A DNA stretch of 55,787 nucleotides from Roseovarius sp. (GCF_018066915.1 NZ_JAGPVV010000347.1:1-55787), one strand, 5' to 3'; numbered from the stretch's first letter, positions 1 through 9,840 are shown. A program made the numbers and translations. The notes: generated by a model from the sequence alone, not told the origin.

Positions 1-74
1 CCCGGATGCGCTAAGGGCGCCGCGGGGGTTTCCTGTTCTGGGTCCCTGCGGGTGTTGGGCATCCTCTTTCACTC

Positions 75-344
75 TCAATCCATGCTCGGCCCATACAAGT
101 CCCCGACGGCTTTGGTGTCATTCAGAGGGCCAAGGCGCTCACGATGTTCAACGACCTTGGCGAAATCAACCCGGCCTTCGTGTTGTGTTTGCGGCCAGTC
201 GCTGCCCCAGACTAGCCGCTCGGCTCCGAGGGTCCGCGTCAAAAACGCCGCGTGGGCGCTCATATACAACCCAGTCCGGCAGGGCGCAGAGAGCTTGACG
301 TAAAGGCGGGAAATGTCAGCGAGCCGCGTGATCCGCGACAACAA
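75..344 (-). pseudogene. C-terminal remnant of an amidohydrolase_2 family (LigI-like) protein
   Basis: LYVKLSAP...GAERLVWGSDWP motifs typical of the family C-terminus; only about 90 codons, and the N-terminal part cannot fit because the upstream gene ends at 396. Confidence 0.7.
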
Positions 345-395
345 CGGGTCTCTGCATCCGCAGGGCGGGTGGCTCGCGGTCAGAACGCGCGACTT

Positions 396-2816
396 TCAGG
401 CACGGACGCGCAGATTTTCGGGATCATACAGACATCCCGGCACCACGGTTGCGGGTGTGGGAACACCGATCACGTCGACTGTCAGCCGCGTTCCATCCGC
501 TGCAAAGGCAGGTTCGACAAAGCCCATTGCGATGTTCTTGCCCACGCGATGCCCCCAGGCGACCGATGTGACCGAGCCCACCACGCGCCCCTCAGCGAGG
601 ATCGCATCGCCGCCATGGGCTGTCGCATGCACGGCGTCCACGATCATCGACACAAAGGCCCGGCGCGGGCCGTCGCCCTTCATCCTTTCAAGCGCCGCCT
701 TGCCGATGAACTCGGCCTTGTCCAATCTGACAAACCGCCCGAGACCGCTCTCGAACGGGTTGAACTCTGTCACCAGATCCGCCTTCCAGTGGCGGTATCC
801 CTTTTCCAGCCGCATCGATTCAACGGCATAGGACCCGAACAGACGCAATCCATGGGGCGTGCCCGCATGGCGGAGTGCGAGATAGGCCGCGTAAAGCTGT
901 GCGTTCGGAACATGGATTTCATAGGCCAATTCACCCGAAAAGCTGACGGACATCACGACAGCCGGAGCAATGCCCACAAAGGCCCGCCGCACCGAAAGCC
1001 AAGGGAAAGCCTCTGCCGACCAATCGCCCCGCGCGGCCGCTGCCAGCACGTCGCGCGCCTTGGGCCCTGCCAGCACGAGGATCGTGTAATCGTTCGTCAG
1101 GGACCGGATGCTGACCGACTTGTCCTTCGGCAGATGTGTCGTCAGCCAGTCCATATCGTGATATTCCGACGCGGCGGCGGACCCATACCAGATCGTGCCC
1201 CCATCCAGATTGGCCAAGGTCGCCTCGCCCTTCACATTGCCATGGTGGTTGAGAAGGTAGCCAAGACCGACCTTGCCGGTCTTCCGCGTCATCCGCCCGC
1301 AAAACATTCTGTTGAGCCAGTCGTGCGCGCCCGGCCCGGTGATCTCGAACCGGTTAAAGCCGTTCACTTCGGTTATGCCTACGCCGGTCTGCACAGCATG
1401 AACTTCGGCGGCGACGACATCAAAAGTCTCGTTGAGCCGGAAACCATGTGTCTCGTGGAACTGAGGCGTGGGCTTGATATAGGCAACCCGCTCCCACCCG
1501 TTCACTACGCCGAACTCCGCCCCTTCCGCCGCCAAGATCGGCGTCAAGGGCGTGGTCTTCATAGGGCGACCTGCCGGGCGATGCTCGTGCGGAAGATGGA
1601 ACCGGAATTCATTCTGGTAATCCTCGATGGCCTTCACCGCGCACAGCTCGACATTTGCGTGCCCCGTGAAGCGGCGCGGATCGGTCACCCAGGTGTCGTA
1701 CTGCGCCTCGCCGTGAACAATCTGCTGAGCCAGAATCCAGCCATGCCCGCCCCCTTCGCCGATCCCGGCACGTAAACCGATGATGCAGAACGCGTTGCGC
1801 TTGCCGGGGATCGGCCCGACGAGGGGCGCCCCGTCGATGGTATAAGTAATGGGTCCGTTGACGATGGTATGAATCCCCACCTGCTCCAGTGCGGGCATCC
1901 GTTTGAAAACATTTTCCAAAACCGGCAGGATGCGGTCGGTATCCGAAGGACACAGCGCGTTGACAAAATTGGGATCGACCCCGTCCATTCCCCATGTCCG
2001 GCAGTCCTGCTCGTAGAACCCGACCAGCAGACCCTGCTTTTCCTGCCGCGCGTAGAAATCGTCGATCGGACAGCGCAACAGCGGCACGCGGCGACCAAAG
2101 TCGATGATCCCCTGGATCGGTTCTGTCAGGAAATACTGATGCTCCATCGACATCACCGGATGGTGGATTCCCATCATCGCGCCCACCTCGTTCACGCGGT
2201 ACCCACAGGCGTTCACAACGATTTCGCAAGCGATGTCGCCCTTGTCGGTGTGCACGATCCAGCTGTCATCCGGTCTTTGCGTCAGGCCGGTGACGGGCGT
2301 GTTGCGGTAAACCTCCGCCCCCACCTTGCGGGCCCGTCGTGCCAAGGCCTGGCACAGTTGCGCGGGGTCAATGTCGCCATCCTCGCCGTCCCAGAGGCCC
2401 CCGATCAGCCGCTCTGTGGTGATCAGCGGATGCCGCCGCGCGCATTCGGCCGCGTCGAGGATCTCGAACTCCACCCCCATGACCTTGGCCTGGCTGGCAA
2501 AGTGCCGGTAGCCGTCCATCGTCGTTTCTGAATTTGCCAGGCGAATGCCGCCGTTGCCATGGTGGTAGTTGATCGGATACTCGGGGTCTGCTGCCAACTC
2601 CTTGTAGAGTTTGATGGAGTGGCTTTTCAGCCCCACCATCGTTTGCGTCATCCCGAAATTCGTGACCTGAGCCGCTGAATGCCAGGTCGTGCCGCTTGTC
2701 AACTCGTTGCGTTCGATCAACACGACATCGGTCCATCCCTCTTGCGTCAGGTGGTAAAGTGTCGAACAGCCGGCAATGCCGCCACCGATCACCACAACAC
2801 GGGTCTGGGATTTCAT
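396..2816 (-). CDS. GcvT-family FAD-dependent oxidoreductase (dimethylglycine/sarcosine dehydrogenase-like)
   Basis: 806 aa; N-terminal GGGIAG FAD motif, SGTTWHSAA, C-terminal aminomethyltransferase fold (SFSGELAYEIH, SMRLEKGY). Confidence 0.92.
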   Translation of the reverse strand: MKSQTRVVVIGGGIAGCSTLYHLTQEGWTDVVLIERNELTSGTTWHSAAQVTNFGMTQTMVGLKSHSIKLYKELAADPEYPINYHHGNGGIRLANSETTMDGYRHFASQAKVMGVEFEILDAAECARRHPLITTERLIGGLWDGEDGDIDPAQLCQALARRARKVGAEVYRNTPVTGLTQRPDDSWIVHTDKGDIACEIVVNACGYRVNEVGAMMGIHHPVMSMEHQYFLTEPIQGIIDFGRRVPLLRCPIDDFYARQEKQGLLVGFYEQDCRTWGMDGVDPNFVNALCPSDTDRILPVLENVFKRMPALEQVGIHTIVNGPITYTIDGAPLVGPIPGKRNAFCIIGLRAGIGEGGGHGWILAQQIVHGEAQYDTWVTDPRRFTGHANVELCAVKAIEDYQNEFRFHLPHEHRPAGRPMKTTPLTPILAAEGAEFGVVNGWERVAYIKPTPQFHETHGFRLNETFDVVAAEVHAVQTGVGITEVNGFNRFEITGPGAHDWLNRMFCGRMTRKTGKVGLGYLLNHHGNVKGEATLANLDGGTIWYGSAAASEYHDMDWLTTHLPKDKSVSIRSLTNDYTILVLAGPKARDVLAAAARGDWSAEAFPWLSVRRAFVGIAPAVVMSVSFSGELAYEIHVPNAQLYAAYLALRHAGTPHGLRLFGSYAVESMRLEKGYRHWKADLVTEFNPFESGLGRFVRLDKAEFIGKAALERMKGDGPRRAFVSMIVDAVHATAHGGDAILAEGRVVGSVTSVAWGHRVGKNIAMGFVEPAFAADGTRLTVDVIGVPTPATVVPGCLYDPENLRVRA

Positions 2817-2993
2817 CTTTCACGCTCCTCGCTCTTGCCGAAAAACCAAGCGCGAAGGCCGCGTGCTTCGTCAACCAAGCCTCGATCCGTTCAAGGAAAG
2901 CGAAGCCCTTCGTCCAAAAATATGAAGCCTTCGCTTGGATGTTGTCAGCTTGTGGCGGATCGACCCCTATGACACGTGAAACGGAGGGCCACG

Positions 2994-4532
2994 ATGACCG
3001 ACGAACGAACCGGACGGCGCAGCGGCGGGCGGGCAGAGCGGGTTGCTCAGCGTGCGCTGCCGCCTGCGGTAAATCCCTGCTCGCCGGGCCAGCGGGGTGG
3101 GCAATACCGGCCCCTCTCCGATGCCGACATGGTGGCGATCTACCAGACTGCCCTGCGGCTGCTGGCCGAGCTTGGTGTGGGCGAAGTGCCCGAGGTTCTG
3201 GTCAAGCCCTTCCTTGTCGCGGGAGCGAGGCTCGGCGGCGGTCGCGTCTATTTTCCGCAGGAGTTGGTGGAAAAGGTCATCGGCATGGCTGCCAAGACCT
3301 TCACCTTCCACGGTCGCGACACCGCCCGCTCGATTGAAGTTGGCGGCGACCATGTCCATTTTGGGACCGGGGGGGCAGCGGTCCTGACACTGGACATCGA
3401 CACGGGCGGCTACCGGCCGTCCACCCTGCGCGATCTGTACGATTTCACCCGGTTGCAAGACACGTTGACCAATGTCTCCTGGTTCACCCGCTGCTGCGTG
3501 GCGACCGATCTGCCGGACATCTACGAACTCGACGTGAACACAGTCTTTGCGCTGATGAAAGGCACCACGAAACCCGTCGCGACCTCTTTCACCATTCACG
3601 AGCATGTCGCCCCGATCATGCGTATGGTCGACATGGGCCTTGGCGGTGACGGCACATCTGGCCTGTTCCGCGAAACGCCGTTTCTCAAGGCTCATATCTC
3701 GCCGATGATCTCGCCCATGCGCTATGGCGAAGATGCGGTCATGGTCACACTCGCCTGCATGGCGCATGGCATTCCGCTCTCGTGTATCACGGCCGCGCAA
3801 TCCGGGGCCACCGCGCCCGCCACACTGGCGGGTTTCCTTGCACAATCCCTGGCCGAAACGCTGGCCAGTCTGATCATGGTCAACGTCATCAAGCCGGGCC
3901 ATCCGATGGTCTTTTCCAATTGGCCACTGGTGGTGGATCTGCGGACCGGCTCCTTTGTTGGGGGCGGTGGGGAAATCAGCGTGATGAACGCGGCCTCCGC
4001 GCAGATTTCAAACTGGCTCGGTCTTCCCTCCGGCGTCGCCTCCAGCATGACGGATGCCAAGGTGCCAGATGCGCAATACGGGTCCGAGAAGGGAATTTCC
4101 TCACTGGCCGCAGCGCTGGCTGGCGGAAACCTGATCTACGAATCCTCAGGCATGATGGCCTCGCTTTTGGGTGCGTCTTTCGAGGCATTCATTCTGGATG
4201 ACGAGATGCACTCGTTGATTTACCGCACTCTGCGCGGCGTCGAAGTGAATGACGAGACCTTGGGATACGAGGCAATCCGTGAGGCAGTCCTTGGCCCCGG
4301 TCATTTTCTGGGCGGCGCGCATACCATCGCCGCGATGCAACGTGACTATTTCTACCCCACCATCGCCGACCGCGATGCGCCAATGACGTGGGACGAGAAG
4401 GGCCGCCACGATGCTTGGGGGCGTGCAAAACTTGCTGCTCGCCGAGTGCTGGAAACGCACCACCCCACCTACCTGACCCCCGAGGCGGAAGCCCGGATGC
4501 GCGCCGAATTCCCCATCCTGCTGGGGCCTTAG
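2994..4532 (+). CDS. Trimethylamine methyltransferase (MttB) superfamily protein, non-pyrrolysine
   Basis: Arg-rich RRSGGR N-terminus, HFGTGG, QSGATAPATLAG, PGHFLG motifs; RBS GGAGG at 2983-2987 before ATG 2994; no in-frame TAG. Confidence 0.9.
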   Translation: MTDERTGRRSGGRAERVAQRALPPAVNPCSPGQRGGQYRPLSDADMVAIYQTALRLLAELGVGEVPEVLVKPFLVAGARLGGGRVYFPQELVEKVIGMAAKTFTFHGRDTARSIEVGGDHVHFGTGGAAVLTLDIDTGGYRPSTLRDLYDFTRLQDTLTNVSWFTRCCVATDLPDIYELDVNTVFALMKGTTKPVATSFTIHEHVAPIMRMVDMGLGGDGTSGLFRETPFLKAHISPMISPMRYGEDAVMVTLACMAHGIPLSCITAAQSGATAPATLAGFLAQSLAETLASLIMVNVIKPGHPMVFSNWPLVVDLRTGSFVGGGGEISVMNAASAQISNWLGLPSGVASSMTDAKVPDAQYGSEKGISSLAAALAGGNLIYESSGMMASLLGASFEAFILDDEMHSLIYRTLRGVEVNDETLGYEAIREAVLGPGHFLGGAHTIAAMQRDYFYPTIADRDAPMTWDEKGRHDAWGRAKLAARRVLETHHPTYLTPEAEARMRAEFPILLGP

Positions 4533-4557
4533 ATGGCGGAAATATTCAATTAGAGCG

Positions 4558-4810
4558 TGTTGCGTGAAGGCAAATGAACACAAACCCCCGCTCCGCATTC
4601 CGGCAATGGCGCGGGCGAAACGGGATCATCCGCCGAACTCGAGCGTGCCGTTGGCAGTTTCGTCGGGCAGCCCTATTGCCTTGCCGTTACTTCTGCAGGA
4701 CAGGCGTTGCAGATCACCCTCTGCGCGGCCGGGATCGGACCGGGCGACCGCGTTCTGACACACGCCGTTACACGTGCCCCGGTGCCCCGGCGCAATCGCG
4801 CGGGTGCGGT
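4558..4810 (+). pseudogene. Degenerate N-terminal remnant of a DegT/DnrJ/EryC1/StrS aminotransferase
   Basis: Reads FVGQPYCLAVTSAGQALQITLCAAGIGPGDRVLTHAVTRAPVP, then frameshifts into GAIARV; truncated by the convergent lysR. Confidence 0.65.
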
Positions 4811-4811
4811 C

Positions 4812-5804
4812 CTAGCCGTCGTCCTCGGCGACTTCGATTGCCGCCTCGAACCCCGGTGCTATGGCGCAAAAACGGGGAACCAACACGTTGCGCAGGATGC
4901 GGCGACAATCCCGAGCCAATGCCTCGGGCAAGTGACCCAGCTCTTCAGCCCGGGCGACAAGGTGGATATGCCGGCTCTCGCCCGCGAACGGCAAAGGCAG
5001 GATATCCAGCATCGGGATGAATCGCTCCGCATCGAGCAGGTTCAGCGGCGTCGTCAGGGTCCAGCCCCCGGTCTGGACGACCATGGCAAGCACCGAGCGG
5101 GTCGCCTCAAAGGCAAAACGGCGCGGCACGTTCAGCTTTACCCGCTTCAGGTGCTGGGCGACCTTCTGGCCGATGGGCATCGTCTCGGAATACTGCACAA
5201 AGGGCAGACGGGCCAGTGTCGCGCGGACGTCCACATCGGGCCGGATCGCGCCCTTGGCGGCCACCAGAATGAACGCCTCTCGCAGGATCGGCACGGACTG
5301 ATAGGTGTTGCTGTCCGCGGGCAAAAGGGCCGTGACCGCGATGTCCGCATCGCGTGATTGCAGACGCTCGATGATGTGATCGGACCGGCCTGAAAAGGCA
5401 TGGACAAAGCAATTCCTGAACCGCGCCTGCAGGGCGGACACCAGCACAGGGGTCAAAGAGGCATCCAGATCATCAATGATGGCAAGTTTCAAACTTGGCA
5501 GATTGGTCATGCTGATCTCGGCCAATTCGGCCTGCGCTTCCGAGACGACCGACAGGATACGGTGGGCATGGGCGCGCAGCAGTTGGCCCGCGGGCGTCAG
5601 CGTCACGGGCTTGGCACGGCGATCAAAAAGCTTGGCCCCGATGGCGCTTTCCAGTGCAGTAATGTGCTGGCTGACACCCGACGATGATCCGCCGATCCGC
5701 GCTGCGGCCCCCGCAATTGATCCCGCCTCTTCCAAGGCAACGAACACGCGCAGGCCGCGCAGCGTCAATTCGGCGGGCAATCGAGCAGGGGAGTCGGCGG
5801 GCAT
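4812..5804 (-). CDS. LysR family transcriptional regulator
   Basis: HTH LRVFVALEEAGSIAGAA...VSQHITALESAIGAKLFDR...LTPAG; 330 aa. Confidence 0.93.
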   Translation of the reverse strand: MPADSPARLPAELTLRGLRVFVALEEAGSIAGAAARIGGSSSGVSQHITALESAIGAKLFDRRAKPVTLTPAGQLLRAHAHRILSVVSEAQAELAEISMTNLPSLKLAIIDDLDASLTPVLVSALQARFRNCFVHAFSGRSDHIIERLQSRDADIAVTALLPADSNTYQSVPILREAFILVAAKGAIRPDVDVRATLARLPFVQYSETMPIGQKVAQHLKRVKLNVPRRFAFEATRSVLAMVVQTGGWTLTTPLNLLDAERFIPMLDILPLPFAGESRHIHLVARAEELGHLPEALARDCRRILRNVLVPRFCAIAPGFEAAIEVAEDDG

Positions 5805-5839
5805 GAAAGGCTCCTTTTCAATACTCTAGATCAGTTCGT

Positions 5840-6274
5840 TCATTTTCGGAAACTGCCCTGCACGATGCGGTCAATCATCATGGCACAGAGCAGGATGGCA
5901 CAGAGCAGGATGGCAATTCCCGCAAGCAACCCTTGCCCCTTGGCCGCGTATTGCAGCGAGGTCAGCACAACCAATCCCAGCCCCTGCGCACCGATCAGGC
6001 TGGCGATCACCACCATCGACAGGCACATCAGGATGGTCTGGTTGATCCCCGCCGGGATTGACGCGCGGGCCGGCGGCAGTTCGACCCCGCGCAGCACGTG
6101 CCATTTGGTCGCCCCATGGGCGCGGGCGGCCTCTTTCACATCCTCTGCCACGCCGGTCAGACCGAGCGTGGTGAGGCGGAGCGCCTCTTCAAGGTCGTGG
6201 GTGATGAAGAGGGTTGTCTTGCCCAGCTTTTGGGACAACTCCATGAATTGGTTCTGCAACTGCCGCCGGATCAG
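5840..6274 (-). pseudogene. Deletion fusion of glycine-betaine ABC ATPase (ProV-like) and permease (ProW-like) fragments
   Basis: LIRRQLQNQFMELSQKLGKTTLFITHDLEEALRL (ATPase H-loop) runs in frame into TTLGLTGVAEDVKEAARAHGAT...AGINQTILMCLSMVVIASLIGAQGLG (permease EAA region). Confidence 0.8.
5880..5915. repeat. 15-bp tandem duplication (ATGGCACAGAGCAGG x2)
   Basis: Directly visible; gives the AILLC-AILLC duplication in the proW remnant. Confidence 0.85.
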
Positions 6275-6366
6275 CCCGCCTTGTGCAAGTCGGCCAGCGC
6301 TGCGTCATAGGCGATTTGGCGGCGGCCCTCAGCCACGCCGCTGTCGATCAGGCGAAATGGTGTCAT
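6271..6366 (-). pseudogene. N-terminal fragment of a lipoate-protein ligase A family protein
   Basis: MTPFRLIDSGVAEGRRQIAYDAALADLHKAG* resembles the LplA N-terminus (R.IDTG......N.A.D.AL); stops at the junction with the proV fragment. Confidence 0.55.
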
Positions 6367-6642
6367 AGCTCTTCCCACGCGACTGCGGGACCGGCATCGC
6401 GCGGGGGCGCATTGTCTCGGGTCGGTTCCAGTCGCCTGCGCCTGTTCGAGCCGCCGGAGAGCAGGACGCCGCGCAGGTGCCGCGTTTCGGCGATGCGCCG
6501 TGCGCGCTCCGCCCCATCCCGAGGATGGCTTTCGCCTTGCGTGAAGCGGACGAAAGATCTGGCCGGGGACCCATGTCACGGACCTGCCTTGTCGCCCCAA
6601 CTCATCGCGATATAAGAGTGCTTTTGAAAAGAAGAGGATGAC

Positions 6643-7503
6643 ATGCGAGTCTTTCACAGAATTGGTGCGATCTGCGCCGCTTTAGTGCTGGCCGGAACAG
6701 CCAATGCTCAAACACTATATTTTTCGGCCATTCCCGACGAGGACGAGACCGCGCTGATGACGCGGTTCTCCAAGGTGGCGGCCTATCTTGAGGAAGAATT
6801 GGGCGTCGAGGTGGAATTCGTCCCCGTCAAGAGCTATCCGGCTGCGGTCACGGCGTTCCGCAACGATCAGGTGCAGCTTGCGTGGTTCGGCGGGCTGTCG
6901 GGCGTGCAGGCACGGCAATTGGTGCCGGGGGCGCGGGCGATTGCCCAAGGGTCCGAGGACCCGACGTTCATCACCTATTTCATCGCCCACAAGGATACCG
7001 GACTGGTGCCGGATGAGGCTTTTCCAATGGCCGCTGAAGGGATGAGCTTTACCTTCGGGGCCAAGACCTCGACGTCGGGGCGGTTGATGCCAGAGTTCAA
7101 TATCCGGCAGAACACCGGCAAGGCGCCAGAGGACTTCTTTGATCGCGTCGGGTATTCGGGTGATCACAGCCAGACCCTGCGGCTGGTGGCCTCTGGGGCG
7201 TGGCAGGTGGGTGCTCTCAATTACGCCGTCTACGACAAGGCACTGGCCGAGGGTGCGCCCGAGACCGAGAGCGCCAAGGTGATCTGGCAGACGCCGCCTT
7301 ATCCCGATTACAACTGGACGATCCGGGGCGATGTCGATGCGCGCTTTGGCGAAGGCTTCGCGGACCGGGTGCAGGCGGCGCTGGTGGGGATGACCGATCC
7401 CGACCTGCTGGCGAGTTTCCCGCGCGAGGCCTTCATTCCGGCGCAGAACTCCGACTTCGAGCCGATCGCCGAGACCGCACGCGCGCTTGGCCTGATGGAG
7501 TGA
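6643..7503 (+). CDS. PhnD-family ABC substrate-binding protein (putative selenate transporter subfamily)
   Basis: Signal peptide; SAIPDE, LAWFGGLSGVQAR, STSGRLMP, TPPYPDYNWTIRGD motifs. Confidence 0.85.
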   Translation: MRVFHRIGAICAALVLAGTANAQTLYFSAIPDEDETALMTRFSKVAAYLEEELGVEVEFVPVKSYPAAVTAFRNDQVQLAWFGGLSGVQARQLVPGARAIAQGSEDPTFITYFIAHKDTGLVPDEAFPMAAEGMSFTFGAKTSTSGRLMPEFNIRQNTGKAPEDFFDRVGYSGDHSQTLRLVASGAWQVGALNYAVYDKALAEGAPETESAKVIWQTPPYPDYNWTIRGDVDARFGEGFADRVQAALVGMTDPDLLASFPREAFIPAQNSDFEPIAETARALGLME

Positions 7504-8162
7504 ACCGGGTGCTGCTGGACCGGCAATCGCTGGGCTATGGGGCTGCGCCGGTCCTGACGGGGGTGAGCTTTGCGCTCGCTCCCGGTGAGCGTGTGGCACT
7601 CTTGGGTCGTAGCGGCGCGGGAAAAACGACGCTTCTGGGTGCGCTTTACGATGCTCTTCTGGCTCAGGGCAACCGGGTGGCGCTGGTGCCGCAGGAACAA
7701 GGGCTGGTGCCGCAACTGAGTGTGTTGCGCAATGCGCTGATGGGGCGGCTTGACGATCACGGGGCGCTTTACAACCTGACCAATCTTGTGCGCCCGCGCG
7801 CGGCGGATCGCGCCGGGGTGGGCGAGGTTTTGAGTATCCTTGGGCTATCGCCGCAAACGGATCGCGCGGTCGAGGGGCTGTCGGGTGGTCAGAAACAACG
7901 CGTCGCGCTGGCGCGTGCGCTCTGGCGGGGCGGCGATGTCCTGCTGGGGGACGAGCCGGTCTCGGCGCTGGATGAAACGCAGGGAGCCGAGATCTTGAGC
8001 CATATTGCCGCCCGGTTCAACCGTGTGGTGCTGGCCCTGCACGATGTCGATCAGGCGCTAGGGTTTGCGACGCGCGTGGTCGGCCTCAAGGACGGGCGCG
8101 TTGTCCTCGACGCCACCCCCGCCGACATTTCGCGCGCGCGGATCGAGGCCCTTTATGCCTGA
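7500..8162 (+). CDS. ABC transporter ATP-binding protein (PhnC-like)
   Basis: Walker A GRSGAGKT, LSGGQ signature, LLGDEP Walker B; GTG 7500 overlaps the upstream TGA. Confidence 0.9.
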   Translation: MNRVLLDRQSLGYGAAPVLTGVSFALAPGERVALLGRSGAGKTTLLGALYDALLAQGNRVALVPQEQGLVPQLSVLRNALMGRLDDHGALYNLTNLVRPRAADRAGVGEVLSILGLSPQTDRAVEGLSGGQKQRVALARALWRGGDVLLGDEPVSALDETQGAEILSHIAARFNRVVLALHDVDQALGFATRVVGLKDGRVVLDATPADISRARIEALYA

Positions 8163-9666
8163 ACACCTGAGCCGCCTTCAGGTCACGGCAGGGCTGTTGT
8201 TGCTGGCGCTGTTGGCGCTGCCCTTTGCCGATCTCACGCTGGCGGGGCATGATCCGCGCGGCGTGCTCTGGCGCATGGCGCAAGGGTTTCTCGCCCCCGA
8301 TTTCAGTGCGGTGGATGAAATCGGTCGCGCCCTGCTGCTCACAGTGATGTTCGCGGTGGCCGGTGTTGCGGCGGGCGGTGTTGCGGGGGTGATCATGGCC
8401 CCCTTTTACGACCGACCCGGCCTGCGCGCGTTCTGCATCGCGCTGCGGTCGGTGCATGAATTGTTCTGGGCGCTGCTCTTGTTGCAGGTGTTCGGCATCG
8501 GGGCGCTGACCGGTGTTCTGGCCATCGCGCTGCCCTATGCGGGCATCTTCGCCAAGGTCTTTGCCGAACATCTCGACGAGGCCGATCAGCGCTCCGCCCG
8601 CGCCTTGCCCAAGGGGGTGGATGCGCTGTCACGGTTTCTCTATGCCCGCGCGCCTCTGGCACTTGAACCGATGCGGATCTATGCGCTCTACCGGCTGGAA
8701 TGCGGGTTGCGGTCTTCGGCGGTGCTGGGGTTCATCGGCTTGCCGACACTGGGCTTCCAACTCGACAGTTTCTTTCGTCAGGGCGAGTATGGCGCGGCCT
8801 CCGCGATCATGATCCTCTATGTGGCGCTCATTGCGTCCATCCGGCTCTGGATGCGCTGGCGGCTGGTGCCGGTCTGGATCGCGGCTGCGTTGGGGGTGCT
8901 GGCCTCGGTCCAAAGCCCGCCAATGGGGCAGGGCGCACTTTGGCGCTTCTTGACCGAGGATATCGTGCCTGTCCCGTTACGCGGCGGCTGTGACGGGGCG
9001 GCGCTGGCCGATTGGTTGAGGGACATCCTGACCATGGAGGCGCTGCCGGGGCTGGTGGCCACGGTGATCTGCGCGCAAATCGCGCTGGCCCTGACGGGGG
9101 CGGTGGCGTTCTTCGGTTTTGGTCTGATCGTGCCCCGCGTGAGCGGCCGCGTGGGCGCTGCTCTGGGGCATCTCGGGTTGGTGATCCTGCGGTCCTTTCC
9201 CGAATACATGCTGGCCTATCTTTTTGTGCAGGTCTTCGGCCCCTCGATGCTTCCTGCGATCCTGGCGCTGTCCTTGCATAACGGCGCGATCATCGGTCAT
9301 CTGCTCGGGCGGCAGGCCGAGGCCCTCTGCCCGGACCTGCGCGCGGATGCGCCGCGCGGTGCCACGCTCTGGGGATGGGAACTGGTGCCTCGCCTTTTCG
9401 GCCCGTTTCTGGCGCTCTGTCTCTATCGTTGGGAGATCATATTGCGCGAGACAGCGGTCATGGGTCTTCTTGGGGTCATGACGTTGGGCTTTTTCATCGA
9501 CAGCGCCATGGCCGAGCTACGTCTGGACCGCGCGCTCGTGCTTTTGGTCGTGGCCGGCGGGCTGACGGCGGCGGTCGATGCGCTATCTCGGGCCATCCGG
9601 CGGCGCCTTGGGACGGGGGCGCTACGCCGGGTGCCGCGCGAGACGCTGCTTGGAGAGCGGGCATAA
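8155..9666 (+). CDS. PhnE-like ABC permease with two fused permease domains
   Basis: Hydrophobic; two repeats (YRLECGLRSSAVLGFIG and YRWEIILRETAVMGLLG); ATG 8155 overlaps the ATPase end. Confidence 0.88.
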   Translation: MPEHLSRLQVTAGLLLLALLALPFADLTLAGHDPRGVLWRMAQGFLAPDFSAVDEIGRALLLTVMFAVAGVAAGGVAGVIMAPFYDRPGLRAFCIALRSVHELFWALLLLQVFGIGALTGVLAIALPYAGIFAKVFAEHLDEADQRSARALPKGVDALSRFLYARAPLALEPMRIYALYRLECGLRSSAVLGFIGLPTLGFQLDSFFRQGEYGAASAIMILYVALIASIRLWMRWRLVPVWIAAALGVLASVQSPPMGQGALWRFLTEDIVPVPLRGGCDGAALADWLRDILTMEALPGLVATVICAQIALALTGAVAFFGFGLIVPRVSGRVGAALGHLGLVILRSFPEYMLAYLFVQVFGPSMLPAILALSLHNGAIIGHLLGRQAEALCPDLRADAPRGATLWGWELVPRLFGPFLALCLYRWEIILRETAVMGLLGVMTLGFFIDSAMAELRLDRALVLLVVAGGLTAAVDALSRAIRRRLGTGALRRVPRETLLGERA

Positions 9667-9840
9667 CAGAGACACCGGATATGCGCGGCACCCTCTGTCC
9701 CAAGCCGGTGCTGGCTCTGAACCGCAGGTTAAAGACCCTGCCGGCAGGGGCTCAATTGGTCCGCACGGCGGCGACGATCCAGCTTTTGTTGGGCAATCAG
9801 AGCGTGGCGGGTGGCGCAACATTGCACCACTTACGTCCCG
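9663..9840 (+). pseudogene. Frameshifted TusA/SirA-like sulfur/selenium carrier remnant
   Basis: DMRGTLCPKPVLALNRRLKTLPAGAQL (CPxP motif), then DDPA in another frame; putative start degraded to ATA overlapping the permease stop. Confidence 0.65.

Noticed and set aside
252-1775. 507-aa plus-strand ORF, and similar long ORFs at 10077-11789 (-), 26671-28116 (+), 35547-36827 (-) and 38891-39952 (-)
   Set aside because: Antisense shadows of well-supported genes, expected in high-GC DNA; no recognisable motifs
2994-4532. Pyrrolysine recoding in MttB
   Set aside because: No in-frame TAG inside the ORF and no pyl genes in the window
7200-7499. N-terminal extensions in the ORF track (e.g. 7200, 8065, 16469, 18341, 32536, 38495)
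   Set aside because: They overlap upstream genes; downstream starts with RBS or stop/start overlap fit better
6643-9840. Selenocysteine recoding near the selenate-type transporter
   Set aside because: No in-frame TGA interrupting a recognisable protein; no selA/selB/selC/selD seen
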